Origin: a virus
Strand: one strand, 5' to 3'
Length of the DNA stretch: 64,000 bases
Virus record (IMG/VR): IMGVR_UViG_3300020204_000005
In this document: positions 21,134 to 30,545 of the stretch, piece after piece
Position numbering within the stretch: position 1 is the stretch's first letter
Layout: each line of letters starts with the position of its first letter
The notes under the pieces: model-generated
What the model was told of the DNA's origin: nothing
Database searches by the model: none
What the model saw: the letters and a program-made list of their open reading frames with translations, nothing else
Position numbers and translations under genes: made by a program

Positions 21134-22564
21134 TTATGACGTTATAATTGAACAACAACCACAACCGTAAATTTTTAAGTTTGATAAATTATATGTTTCA
21201 TCACTTGTACCAACATAACAATTAACAAATTCATTTCTATTTACACTTGTTATTGTTCTAATTTTAAAATCACTTGTGTTATCTATAGTAATTGAATCCC
21301 ACACTTCATTTAATGAAGTTAACCAAACATTTTCCGATTGACAACCTGCAACTGTATTAATAATACTATCATCGTTTGTTGAAGATGAGGACGGTGGAAT
21401 TATATTGATACCATCAATAGTTAATGAGGTCTTGGTATTAAAAGTGGCGGAATCTTCATTAGGTGAAGATTTAGATAAGTTTAAATGACTCAATTTAAAG
21501 TTAATACTTGTACCATCAGGTAAATCAGGTGTTATTGATAATGTTGTCGTGTACTCTTTAGTTAATAATGTACTATTTGCTTGTAGTGTTTTAGGTAGGG
21601 TAACTAATTTAACGTTATAAGTGGTTGGAGGTGATGGAGGATTTAACGTTATATTATTACTAACAGTAAATCCTTCAGAATCACTAACAACAACATTGTA
21701 GGAACCTGAACATAAATTACTGAACATTGGTATATTTCTATATGTCAAACCACCATTAATCGAATATGAATATGGAGGGTAACCACCACTTGATTTAATT
21801 GTTAAACCACCATCACATCCACATATTGTTTGGTTTTTAGTAATTAAAACATTCATAGGTTGGACCGAATCTTCTGATTCTGCCGAGAATCTACCATTTG
21901 GAATCCTTACTATTTGATTACAGTTACCTTCATAAACTATTACAGTACCTGTAGCGCCAATAATAAACCAACTACCATAAATTGGTGGGTAAGTAGGATT
22001 TGAATTAAATATTGTATAAGTTGTTGGAGTTGAAGCCGATAACTTCCATTGTAAAAGAGTTGAGTCCCAATATATTACTTGTGTTGAGTCATTAGAAATC
22101 CAAGAAGGTTTAGAATTAAATAAACCGTTAGGTGAAAAATTAGTTTGAGTTTCTACATAAGAACCTTGTTTAAGTATATTTGTTGTCATACAAAGTTGAT
22201 ACTCAATATAAGGAGTTGTAGGTGTTGGGGTCGGTGTGGGGGAAGGTGTTGGTGTTGAACCTGTTAAAATACATTTTGTATTTGCGGTAAAATCGCCATA
22301 AGAATCAATAACTGTTGCTTCATAAACACCTGCAGTTAAATTGTATATAACGGGTGAAATGTTACCGTTATTCCAGCTTATATAATATGGAGGAGTTCCT
22401 CCCGTTATTGTTAAATAAATCGAACCATCGGATGATGATGGAGAAGGATGAGTAAGATTACACTCAACACCCATAGGGAATAAAGTGATTGGTTCACATT
22501 CATTTGTGAACTCAGGTATTATTGGTTTAGGTGTAGGAGTTGGTCCTAAAAAAGGATAAGTCAT
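21134..22564 (-). CDS. SprB-repeat putative virion protein with PT linker
   Basis: DGSIYLTITGGTPPYYISW and GGYPPYSYSINGG..Y..NLCSGSY.VVVSD repeats; TPTPSPTPTPTPTTP linker. Confidence 0.65.
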   Translation of the reverse strand: MTYPFLGPTPTPKPIIPEFTNECEPITLFPMGVECNLTHPSPSSSDGSIYLTITGGTPPYYISWNNGNISPVIYNLTAGVYEATVIDSYGDFTANTKCILTGSTPTPSPTPTPTPTTPYIEYQLCMTTNILKQGSYVETQTNFSPNGLFNSKPSWISNDSTQVIYWDSTLLQWKLSASTPTTYTIFNSNPTYPPIYGSWFIIGATGTVIVYEGNCNQIVRIPNGRFSAESEDSVQPMNVLITKNQTICGCDGGLTIKSSGGYPPYSYSINGGLTYRNIPMFSNLCSGSYNVVVSDSEGFTVSNNITLNPPSPPTTYNVKLVTLPKTLQANSTLLTKEYTTTLSITPDLPDGTSINFKLSHLNLSKSSPNEDSATFNTKTSLTIDGINIIPPSSSSTNDDSIINTVAGCQSENVWLTSLNEVWDSITIDNTSDFKIRTITSVNRNEFVNCYVGTSDETYNLSNLKIYGCGCCSIITS

Positions 22565-22603
22565 GAACTTAAATATTTTCTTTTAGTTTTTTAATAAATA
22601 CAT

Positions 22604-23584
22604 TTATTCCTGAAATTTTATAACCCTTTTCATAATATCAATATATTTTCTTGTGGCACTTGTGGACTCAATGTACTCAAAAAAGTCAATGTTTGATTTT
22701 AACATTTCCAATGGATTAATGTTAATGTAATCACCTTTGAAAAATTTTTTATCTTTTAGGTCGTTGGTCACACCTGCCATATGTAATATTGGGTGTTTTT
22801 CATAAGTACTGATTGAGTCAGTTGCCCAAGAAAAACTTAAATCACTAACTACTTTAGTTTCTAAACCAAAATACCAAAGGTTCCATAACAGAGACCACAT
22901 CTCCGCAGTCCAAAATTGTATTTCACCTGGGCTAATTGGATACCTTTTTTGAAAATCTAACATTTGGTCATATAGAGGAGCACAATCGTAGTATATTTTA
23001 AACCATAGTTCCCATGGAGTGTTTTTAATAATGTATTGACCACCACCTGAATTAGGTTGGTTCTTTTTTACCTCATCAATAGTAATACCTATTACATCAA
23101 CCATTTCTTGTAAAAGTTGATTTTCTCCACAATCAGGATGTTGATTTTCGTATCTATCGCAACAACTAACAATATAATCATAACCTATATAACCAATGGT
23201 ATCTGAAAGATATATTGTGTCATCACTAAGTAATTTATCAAAATCAGGAAGTTCTCTAAAAATAATGTCAGCATCGTGTAAGAAAAAACACCTACCAAAT
23301 TCAGGGTTTTGTTCCAACCATTTATAAATTAAAAAAGGTTTTATACTTGGGATATAATGTTTTCTTTGTCTATCATCTAAATAATGGTGGATATTAATAC
23401 CCAATTCTTTGAGTTTTAAAGAATCTTCAGTAGGTTCTGTATTACCTTGAACCATACCAAATATCACATGAATTTTATTTGGGTCAATACCTAAATCTAT
23501 AAAGTTTTGAGTATAAACTCTAACTTGCCAATGAAAATATGGAACGTCAGGTTGTGCCGTTACAAATACTAAGTTTTCTTTCAT
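22604..23584 (-). CDS. GT-A fold glycosyltransferase resembling plant peptidyl-serine galactosyltransferase / Hyp-arabinosyltransferase (GT96/GT95)
   Basis: DxD motif HDADIIFR; YFHWQ, YIPSIKP..W, GGG and WTAEMW align in order with SERGT1 motifs as I recall them (YFDWQ, YPAINKP..W, DADMIIR, WISEMY). Confidence 0.65.
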   Translation of the reverse strand: MKENLVFVTAQPDVPYFHWQVRVYTQNFIDLGIDPNKIHVIFGMVQGNTEPTEDSLKLKELGINIHHYLDDRQRKHYIPSIKPFLIYKWLEQNPEFGRCFFLHDADIIFRELPDFDKLLSDDTIYLSDTIGYIGYDYIVSCCDRYENQHPDCGENQLLQEMVDVIGITIDEVKKNQPNSGGGQYIIKNTPWELWFKIYYDCAPLYDQMLDFQKRYPISPGEIQFWTAEMWSLLWNLWYFGLETKVVSDLSFSWATDSISTYEKHPILHMAGVTNDLKDKKFFKGDYININPLEMLKSNIDFFEYIESTSATRKYIDIMKRVIKFQE

Positions 23585-23656
23585 AACACTATTTGAAATT
23601 AAATATAGAAAACAATAATTTGTAATAAATGCTATTTTGGGTAATATTTATTGTAT

Positions 23657-23833
23657 ATGAAGTTACTTAAAACAATATCAAAATTAGTCGTAGAATCACA
23701 ACGTGCTTATGATGAAGCATGTGAAAAAGGTGTTAGTGAAAAAGAATTGGATAGACTTGAAAAAAATTTAAGAGAGACTAGACTATTAATGAAACTATAC
23801 GATAATGTGGGTAAAACTAACCCTAAAGACTAA
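23657..23833 (+). CDS. Small late protein with capsid-targeting-like N-terminus
   Basis: TATTTAT at 23645; ATG 23657; MKLLKTISKLVVES. Confidence 0.55.
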   Translation: MKLLKTISKLVVESQRAYDEACEKGVSEKELDRLEKNLRETRLLMKLYDNVGKTNPKD

Positions 23834-23907
23834 TCAAATCCCCTTTAACAATAAACCACATTTAGTATTTGTCCTAATGTCGTAAGGACCTGTACCTGTC
23901 GCACCAG

Positions 23908-24177
23908 TTAAGTAATAAGTGTTGGTGTTGGAGTTATAGGAAGTGAGTTACATGGTACAGTTTTAAAAGTAATACATCCTTCTGAAAGAGAAACCAATTT
24001 GATACCTACTTCAGGAATATTATTAAAAATTGAAGGTAATGGTGAAATAACAACAGGAGGCCCCACACTTGTATTTATAGTTGCGACTAATACACATTGT
24101 CCACCATATGAATTACAAACATAAACTTCATATGGAAAATTAGAACCTATTATAGATGTAATATCGATACCATTCAT
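23908..24177 (-). CDS. Small Cys-containing beta protein, paralog of 25834-26052
   Basis: IDITSIIG..PYEVYVC...QCVLVATIN versus ITINDVTG..PCNVYLC...MCVYIDTIN. Confidence 0.6.
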   Translation of the reverse strand: MNGIDITSIIGSNFPYEVYVCNSYGGQCVLVATINTSVGPPVVISPLPSIFNNIPEVGIKLVSLSEGCITFKTVPCNSLPITPTPTLIT

Positions 24178-24183
24178 AAATTA

Positions 24184-25833
24184 CTAATTATATGATAAAC
24201 AAGTTTCACAATCAGTATATAATGTTGGAGTCACAACACTTGAAAAATAGTTACCTGTGTAGTTTATAATATTTGAACCTGGTGGAAGTGAAGGATAGTT
24301 CGGGTAAACCCCATAAAAAGTCCAACAGTTACCATCATTACCATAGAACGTTTTAGATGAATCTAATGAAGGTCCTGGAAAATTTTGAATTAAGTATTGA
24401 TTTATTGTTTTTTTTGTATTTTTACCAAGTTCTTTAGAGGATGAAAACTCAACTGTAGTTTTTTTACAATTAAGGTAAACGTAAAATTGTTGAGGTAATG
24501 AAGGAGTTGGTGTCAAAGTAGGAGTTGGTGTTAAAGTAGGAGTTGGTGTCATACTAGGTGTTGGACTCGGTTCAGGATAACATTCAACACACTGACCTAA
24601 ATTGAAGTAACCCACAGGACCTTCAGTTAAAATAATTTCAGTCACACCAATACTTTCAGGATTAACACCTACATATGAAATACATTTAGAAACACCATCG
24701 ACAGTTGCTTTGAATATCATATATTCCTCTAAAGTATCACCTGATGGTGTAGGTACTGACATAGTGGTGTAATACATCATACCATTAATACAATCTTGGA
24801 ATTGTTTACTAACAGGACAAGAAAGGTCACCCTCAATTGTTGTGAAAAAAACATCACCTGTTATGTTACAAGGTCTATTTATTATTCTTGTTGGTGTTGG
24901 AGTGGGTGTTGGTGTTGGTGTTGAGGTTGGAGTAATGCCAACAATAACCGCATCTACATCTATGTTAGCACATGTTAAGTTAGTTGCGGTAGGGGTAGGG
25001 GTAGGTGTTAAAGTTGACGTTGGAGTTGGAGTAGGACTAATAGAAACATCACAATCAAAAATTGCGGTAAAATCAAAAACCTCACAATAAGTTGTTGTTG
25101 TAGTAGTTGGAGGGCAAACACCTGAAGAGAAAAATTCTTCACATAAATCAGGACATTCTGAAAAACAAGGTGACTTACCTGATAGGAGACACATACCACC
25201 TAAAGATGTTGATAAACACCATTGTTTGTTACCTATTGAATAGTAAATATAATAGTTGTTTGAACTTCCCGTCCAATATAGTTGTGAATTATAAGTACCC
25301 GCACTGTAGTAAGTACTGTCAAAAATTGTATCGGTTCCACTTATACAATATATTTCCTCACACACAGGAGGGACTGAACAAGGGAATGAAGTAATACAAG
25401 AGTTACAGTCAAGATATGAAGTACCCAACCTAAAATTATCTGAGGAAAAAATTGTGTAATAAGGTAAAGCTGATGTATAACCTGAATTAACAATTCGATA
25501 ACAACCATTTAATTCATTGTTAGGGTTTGAAGATGATATTATATCTGTAAAATAAAGAGTATCGCCTAACCCAAAATTTACTGAATCCCTTCGAGAAATT
25601 GCAATGGCGAATGTTTCGCCACTACAACAACCCGAAAATTCTAAAACAGGAATTTCTTTTTCTATTAAGGTTACTACAATATCTACTGATGGTGATGTTA
25701 TAGTTCCCGCCGCGTTAATGTAATAATATAATGAAGGTTCTAGGTCAAAAACTTTAACCGAAGATAAAATATCTGTGAATGTAAAACCAACATAAGTTGA
25801 TGGTCCCGTATTTTGAATTTGATATATCGGCAT
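24184..25833 (-). CDS. Cys-rich multidomain putative virion protein with three (PT)n linkers
   Basis: PT tracts at about 24502-24572, 24889-24935 and 24986-25034; many Cys. Confidence 0.65.
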   Translation of the reverse strand: MPIYQIQNTGPSTYVGFTFTDILSSVKVFDLEPSLYYYINAAGTITSPSVDIVVTLIEKEIPVLEFSGCCSGETFAIAISRRDSVNFGLGDTLYFTDIISSSNPNNELNGCYRIVNSGYTSALPYYTIFSSDNFRLGTSYLDCNSCITSFPCSVPPVCEEIYCISGTDTIFDSTYYSAGTYNSQLYWTGSSNNYYIYYSIGNKQWCLSTSLGGMCLLSGKSPCFSECPDLCEEFFSSGVCPPTTTTTTYCEVFDFTAIFDCDVSISPTPTPTSTLTPTPTPTATNLTCANIDVDAVIVGITPTSTPTPTPTPTPTRIINRPCNITGDVFFTTIEGDLSCPVSKQFQDCINGMMYYTTMSVPTPSGDTLEEYMIFKATVDGVSKCISYVGVNPESIGVTEIILTEGPVGYFNLGQCVECYPEPSPTPSMTPTPTLTPTPTLTPTPSLPQQFYVYLNCKKTTVEFSSSKELGKNTKKTINQYLIQNFPGPSLDSSKTFYGNDGNCWTFYGVYPNYPSLPPGSNIINYTGNYFSSVVTPTLYTDCETCLSYN

Positions 25834-26052
25834 TTATAATAAACTTAAATTTTTAATTATTTCACAATTATTATCGTCAACTATTTTTAAATTGTAACTA
25901 GTTTGACCGTCAACGGATGGTGGTACAAAAAAATCATATGGAAAAGAATTTATCGTATCGATATAAACACACATAGTAATTGGGTTATCACATAGATAAA
26001 CATTACACGGGGTTACCCCTGTCACATCATTTATTGTTATTTGTGTTGGCAT
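25834..26052 (-). CDS. Small Cys-containing beta protein, paralog of 23908-24177
   Basis: ATAAATA (TATTTAT on minus strand) at 26063-26069; shared motif with the 89-aa ORF. Confidence 0.6.
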   Translation of the reverse strand: MPTQITINDVTGVTPCNVYLCDNPITMCVYIDTINSFPYDFFVPPSVDGQTSYNLKIVDDNNCEIIKNLSLL

Positions 26053-26127
26053 TCTTTTTTAGATAAATATAATGACCCCTGAAAACTTGTGAAGATTGAT
26101 TATTTTAATATTATATCTTATTTTTAA

Positions 26128-27030
26128 GTGATGTCAGACGATGCAGAAATTTTAGTAGAATTATTACGAGAAGTCCTTGGTGATGAAAAACAACATTACG
26201 AAAATAAAGGACAGATTGCTTTTGACTGCCCCGTTTGTGATGATGGTAGGAATAAAGGAAATCTTGAAATTAATTATTTTTCACATGTGTATAAATGTTG
26301 GGCATGTGGAGATGTAAACGATACTCACGGACCTTTAGGTAAGTTGTTCGACACATATGGTAATAAGAAACAAAAAAAAGTTTATAAAGTTCTACAACCT
26401 GAAGAGTTTAAACCTAAAGAAAAGAGAGTTAAAAAATTAACATTACCACCAAATTTCACAACTTTTAAAGATTCCTCCCCTGTATATCCCGTTAGAAAAC
26501 AGGCATATAATTATCTTAAAAATAGAGGTATTGACGATGAAATAATTGAAAAATATGGTATTGGATTTTGTGATACGGGAACACATGCTAGTAGAATAAT
26601 TGTACCATCCTACAACAAAAACGGGGAGTTAAATTATTACATCGCAAGAAGTTGGATACCAAACACTAAATCAAAATACAAAAACCCTGAAGCCGAAAAA
26701 GACAAAATAATCTTCAACGAGAATTTAATAGATTGGAAAAAAGATATTTACTTAGTTGAAGGTGTTTTTGATGGTTTCTTTTTACCAAATAGCGTCCCGA
26801 TGTTAGGTAAACACATGTCACAACTTTTATTTGAAACCATTTATAAAAAATGTAAAAAAAATATAATAATTTCTTTAGATGGTGATGCGTGGGATGATGC
26901 GGTTAAACTATATAACGATTTAAATGGTGGTGAATTATATGGTAGAATTAAAATAGTTAAATTACCAAAAGATAAAGATGTCTGTGATTTAAGAGGACAA
27001 ATAAATGAGTATTATTACAATATGAGATGA
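26128..27030 (+). CDS. dnaG: DNA primase (Zn finger + TOPRIM)
   Basis: CPVC..CWAC Zn finger; YLKNRGI, RIIVP, KYKNP, LVEGVFD and LDGDA. Confidence 0.85.
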   Translation: MMSDDAEILVELLREVLGDEKQHYENKGQIAFDCPVCDDGRNKGNLEINYFSHVYKCWACGDVNDTHGPLGKLFDTYGNKKQKKVYKVLQPEEFKPKEKRVKKLTLPPNFTTFKDSSPVYPVRKQAYNYLKNRGIDDEIIEKYGIGFCDTGTHASRIIVPSYNKNGELNYYIARSWIPNTKSKYKNPEAEKDKIIFNENLIDWKKDIYLVEGVFDGFFLPNSVPMLGKHMSQLLFETIYKKCKKNIIISLDGDAWDDAVKLYNDLNGGELYGRIKIVKLPKDKDVCDLRGQINEYYYNMR

Positions 27031-27884
27031 ATTTATACGAAATAAGAGATGAAATTAACGAAATAATAAAGAAAAAACAAGAAGAATTACAATTAACTTT
27101 CGTTGAAGATACCCACACTTATACAATGGCCGATAAGGAAGGGAAATTAAGGTCAGATTGGCCCTCAGTATCAAAAGTTATGAAACTTTTTTACACCGAG
27201 TTTGATTCAAATGGAATTGCCGAAAAGAAAGCCGATGGAGACCCAATTGAGAAAGAGAGATTATTAAAAGAGTGGGCCGACGCTGGAACATACTCGACTA
27301 ATATGGGGTCAAGAGTTCACTACTTTTTAGAGAAAAAGTCAGTTGAAATGTTTGGTTTAAATAAGGAAGTTAGGGAACCTATATTTGAAGTTGATTTTAC
27401 GCAAATATTAAAAGGTGATTCGATGATTTCCGCGGGTAATGAATACCTTGAGTTAATGGAAGAACGAGGAGGAATATTACTTGACACCGAAATAGTATTA
27501 GGGAGTAATGAATTAGGATATGTAGGTCAACCTGATAAGAAATGGTTATTCTTTAATAAAGAAAAAACTGAAGTTGGGATAGTTGTTACAGATTGGAAAA
27601 CAAATAAAAAGAAGAATTTTGAGGCGAACCACTTTACCAAAAAAATGAAATATCCATTTAATAATTTAGATGATACCGCACTTGGTCACTATTTTACACA
27701 ATTACCTCTTTATGCTAAGTTATTTTTGAATATGTTAAAAGGTAGTAAATATGAAAATATTAAGGTATATGGATGTATTGTTGTACACCTAAGTGATGAA
27801 GGTCAGTATGAAGAGTACCGAGTACCTAAAGAAGTTATGAATACTATTATGAATATGGATATGAGTAAGTATTTGACAAAATAA
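27027..27884 (+). CDS. PD-(D/E)XK exonuclease (RecB/Cas4-like, no Fe-S cysteines)
   Basis: GSRVH, E..GQPD, DWKT and QL.LY motifs. Confidence 0.75.
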   Translation: MNLYEIRDEINEIIKKKQEELQLTFVEDTHTYTMADKEGKLRSDWPSVSKVMKLFYTEFDSNGIAEKKADGDPIEKERLLKEWADAGTYSTNMGSRVHYFLEKKSVEMFGLNKEVREPIFEVDFTQILKGDSMISAGNEYLELMEERGGILLDTEIVLGSNELGYVGQPDKKWLFFNKEKTEVGIVVTDWKTNKKKNFEANHFTKKMKYPFNNLDDTALGHYFTQLPLYAKLFLNMLKGSKYENIKVYGCIVVHLSDEGQYEEYRVPKEVMNTIMNMDMSKYLTK

Positions 27885-27906
27885 ACTAAATAAATTATAT
27901 TTTAAC

Positions 27907-27996
27907 ATGGAAAGTAATATAACATTATCGTGGTGGTACAACACAACTTGGGACGACAAAACCATAAAATTTACAGTCAACTACACACTAAAATGA
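27907..27996 (+). CDS. Small ORF (29 aa) missed by track
   Basis: MESNITLSWWYNTTWDDKTIKFTVNYTLK; its stop overlaps the next ATG (ATGA 27993-27996). Confidence 0.5.
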   Translation: MESNITLSWWYNTTWDDKTIKFTVNYTLK

Positions 27997-28256
27997 AAAT
28001 CAGATTAGAAAAAACTTATCGTTGTTATGAACTTTATGGTGATATTGAAATCAACACTGAAGAGTATCCCGAATTTGAAGGTAAAAGTGAAGAAGAGATT
28101 TTACAATACCTTAATGAAAATATGTATGAGTTCGAACTTAAAAATGGTTCAGAACCAAACTTAATTGACCAATTTGAATTTACAAGAGAAATGAAAAAAC
28201 AAAATTATTTCGATGAAGATTATAAAATACATAAAATAAATGAATATGGAAGATAA
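27993..28256 (+). CDS. Hypothetical acidic protein
   Basis: ATG 27993 is in frame with track ORF 27930..28256. Confidence 0.55.
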   Translation: MKIRLEKTYRCYELYGDIEINTEEYPEFEGKSEEEILQYLNENMYEFELKNGSEPNLIDQFEFTREMKKQNYFDEDYKIHKINEYGR

Positions 28257-28464
28257 TATTATTAGGCCTAAAATTGATTTAAAACAACAAGAAACGATTA
28301 TTTGTGAGAAATGTGGTAGCAAATTCTTTAGAGAAGTCGTGTTAATTAAAAAAGTACCTAAATTATTGACAGGTAGTTCTGAAGACACATTAGTGCCTTT
28401 CCCAACCTATATGTGTAACGATTGCGGACACGTTAATAAAGACTTTGAATTATTTGATAAATAA
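28240..28464 (+). CDS. Small Zn-ribbon protein
   Basis: CEKC...CNDC. Confidence 0.65.
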   Translation: MNMEDNIIRPKIDLKQQETIICEKCGSKFFREVVLIKKVPKLLTGSSEDTLVPFPTYMCNDCGHVNKDFELFDK

Positions 28465-28610
28465 TGGAAATTGGTAAAATGACAATTAGTGAGGTATATC
28501 CTCATCTAAAATCAATAGCGTTATCATACGGATTAAAACTTAATCGGGTTAAAGACTTTAAATTTGCAAGAATCATTTTAGTTAATTTATATTCAAGAGA
28601 ATTAGTATGA
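28464..28610 (+). CDS. Small ORF (48 aa) missed by track
   Basis: MEIGKMTISEVYPHLK...; TAATG overlap upstream and ATGA overlap downstream. Confidence 0.6.
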   Translation: MEIGKMTISEVYPHLKSIALSYGLKLNRVKDFKFARIILVNLYSRELV

Positions 28611-28840
28611 CATACAAAGAATTTTATATTTGGTTAGAAGGTTTTATGACTAACAGAAGTTGGACAGTCATCCAACAAAAAGATATTGAAACCATTCAAG
28701 AAAAAATGAAAAAGGTTAAAGAAGAACCAGATTTTGATATTAATAAATGGAAACGTTTATCTAAAATTTCTTCATTACCTATAACTATAAATCCTGATGA
28801 TAATGACGAACTAGGAATACCACCAAAAATTGTAATGTAA
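28607..28840 (+). CDS. Hypothetical protein
   Basis: Translationally coupled ORF; MTYKEFYIWLEGF. Confidence 0.55.
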   Translation: MTYKEFYIWLEGFMTNRSWTVIQQKDIETIQEKMKKVKEEPDFDINKWKRLSKISSLPITINPDDNDELGIPPKIVM

Positions 28841-28889
28841 AATGTGTTTTTTTTTTATTGATATATTTATTAATAAAAATATAAAAATT

Positions 28890-29207
28890 ATGAAAAGAAT
28901 TATAAGATTAACTGAATCAGACCTTGCAAGAATTGTAAAGAGAGTAATTATGGAACAAGACACAACCGTTTATATGATTGATGGTCTATCTTGGACTCAC
29001 ATTGGTACAGATACGATTGGTCCAGAATATAATTACAATGGAAAATTTGCCGACGTTCAAATGAAAAACGTACCTAAACAAGGTGAAAAAGCATTATCTG
29101 ATAAAACTTGGACTGTTGGGTGTAACGGGAGTGTAGTACCTGCGCCGACATCAGGGAAAGATAAATTACAAAAAATAGCATTAAAAAGCCTTTCTTGTAA
29201 ATCATAA
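28890..29207 (+). CDS. Late protein with KRIIRLTESDL..IVKRVI.EQ N-terminal module
   Basis: TATTTAT at 28864; ATG 28890. Confidence 0.65.
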   Translation: MKRIIRLTESDLARIVKRVIMEQDTTVYMIDGLSWTHIGTDTIGPEYNYNGKFADVQMKNVPKQGEKALSDKTWTVGCNGSVVPAPTSGKDKLQKIALKSLSCKS

Positions 29208-29212
29208 AGGTT

Positions 29213-29653
29213 CTATTCACAATTTAGAATCTTCATATTTTTTGAAAAATATCCAAAAGTTAATAACTCATCTTTATCATAATAAAAATAGTTTATCTTT
29301 GTTGGTGAATTTTCATTTAAGTAAATTTTGTATTCTGCTGAAGATTGTGTTTCTGTTTTTTTGTCTACATCAAAAACAATAAAATCATAATTAATTTCTT
29401 TTTTTATTATATTATATTTAAACACGCTTCTATTATAATATATTGTTATAGTGTTAAGATTTAAATCTAAATCATAAAGAGTATAGTAGTCAATTTCAGA
29501 ATAAAAAATAACTGAACTGTCCTCAATAGGATTGACGGTATCAAAAAATTTGGGTGACTGATAAAAAGTTACACTATCAATAGAAAATAAAATTCTACTC
29601 TGAGATAAAAACTCATTACTTAAAATGATAAAAATCAAAAATAAATTTTTCAT
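29213..29653 (-). CDS. Hypothetical protein with hydrophobic N-terminus (possibly exported)
   Basis: MKNLFLIFIILS. Confidence 0.45.
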   Translation of the reverse strand: MKNLFLIFIILSNEFLSQSRILFSIDSVTFYQSPKFFDTVNPIEDSSVIFYSEIDYYTLYDLDLNLNTITIYYNRSVFKYNIIKKEINYDFIVFDVDKKTETQSSAEYKIYLNENSPTKINYFYYDKDELLTFGYFSKNMKILNCE

Positions 29654-29759
29654 GTGATTAAGTTTTAATATTTCTACAAATATACAACTTTTATTTTTAA
29701 TATTAATTTAAATGTGGGTTTTTTGTTAATTGACATTTTAATAAAATTCGACTATATTT

Positions 29760-30545
29760 TTGTCTATGATAAAAAAGTTAGTACACTTTTCTGATTTACA
29801 CATAAGGTTGTTTAAAGACCACGAACTTTACCGAAGTATCTTAAACAATATGTTTAATCAGTTTAAAGAAATTGCCCCTGATAGAATAGTTTTTACTGGT
29901 GATTTAGTCCATTCTAAAAATCAAATGACTCCTGAACTTATTGAGTTTGTTGCTTGGACATTAACTGAGTGCTCAAAAATTGCTAAAACAGTTCTTATTA
30001 TTGGTAATCATGATTTCCTTGAAAATAATATGTCAAGATTGGATGCTTTAACACCAATAATTGATTCATTACAAGATGATAATATAGTTTATTTAAAAAA
30101 CAGGGGAGTATATGAAGACCAAAATATTGATTGGGTTGTTTACTCATTAATGGACCACAACATCCCACCTGATATTGAAAAATCAGATAGGGTTAAAATA
30201 GGGTTATTCCATGGACCTGTACAAGGATTGACAACTGATATAGGTTATAAATTTGATACGGGATTTGAGAGTGACAAGTTTGTGGGATGTGATTTGGTTC
30301 TTTGTGGTGACATTCATAAAAGACAAGTTTTTAATATCCCTGAAGGTAAGAAAGCTTATATGGTTGGTTCGACAATTCAACAAAACTACGGAGAGACATT
30401 AAAAAAACATGGATATGGAATCTATGACGTATCTAAAGACAAATACGAGTTTGTTGACTTGGAAAACCCAAAACCATTTCTGGCATTTAAAATAAAGTCA
30501 TTTGACGACATAATAAACGGAACTGAAAAACTTGCGAACGCATAA
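29760..30545 (+). CDS. Metallophosphoesterase, gp47/SbcD/Mre11-like recombination nuclease
   Basis: SDLH, GDLVH, GNHD and GDIH motifs; a gp46-like gene lies downstream. Confidence 0.85.
   Translation: MSMIKKLVHFSDLHIRLFKDHELYRSILNNMFNQFKEIAPDRIVFTGDLVHSKNQMTPELIEFVAWTLTECSKIAKTVLIIGNHDFLENNMSRLDALTPIIDSLQDDNIVYLKNRGVYEDQNIDWVVYSLMDHNIPPDIEKSDRVKIGLFHGPVQGLTTDIGYKFDTGFESDKFVGCDLVLCGDIHKRQVFNIPEGKKAYMVGSTIQQNYGETLKKHGYGIYDVSKDKYEFVDLENPKPFLAFKIKSFDDIINGTEKLANA

Noticed and set aside
17069-25034. Periodic CCAACA/GGTGTT repeats as possible CRISPR or DNA-level repeats
   Set aside because: The units are degenerate at third codon positions and encode Pro-Thr linkers; there is no repeat-spacer structure.
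27027-27884. Cas4 / CRISPR adaptation gene
   Set aside because: No Fe-S cysteines, no cas1/cas2 and no array; better explained as a replication-linked exonuclease.
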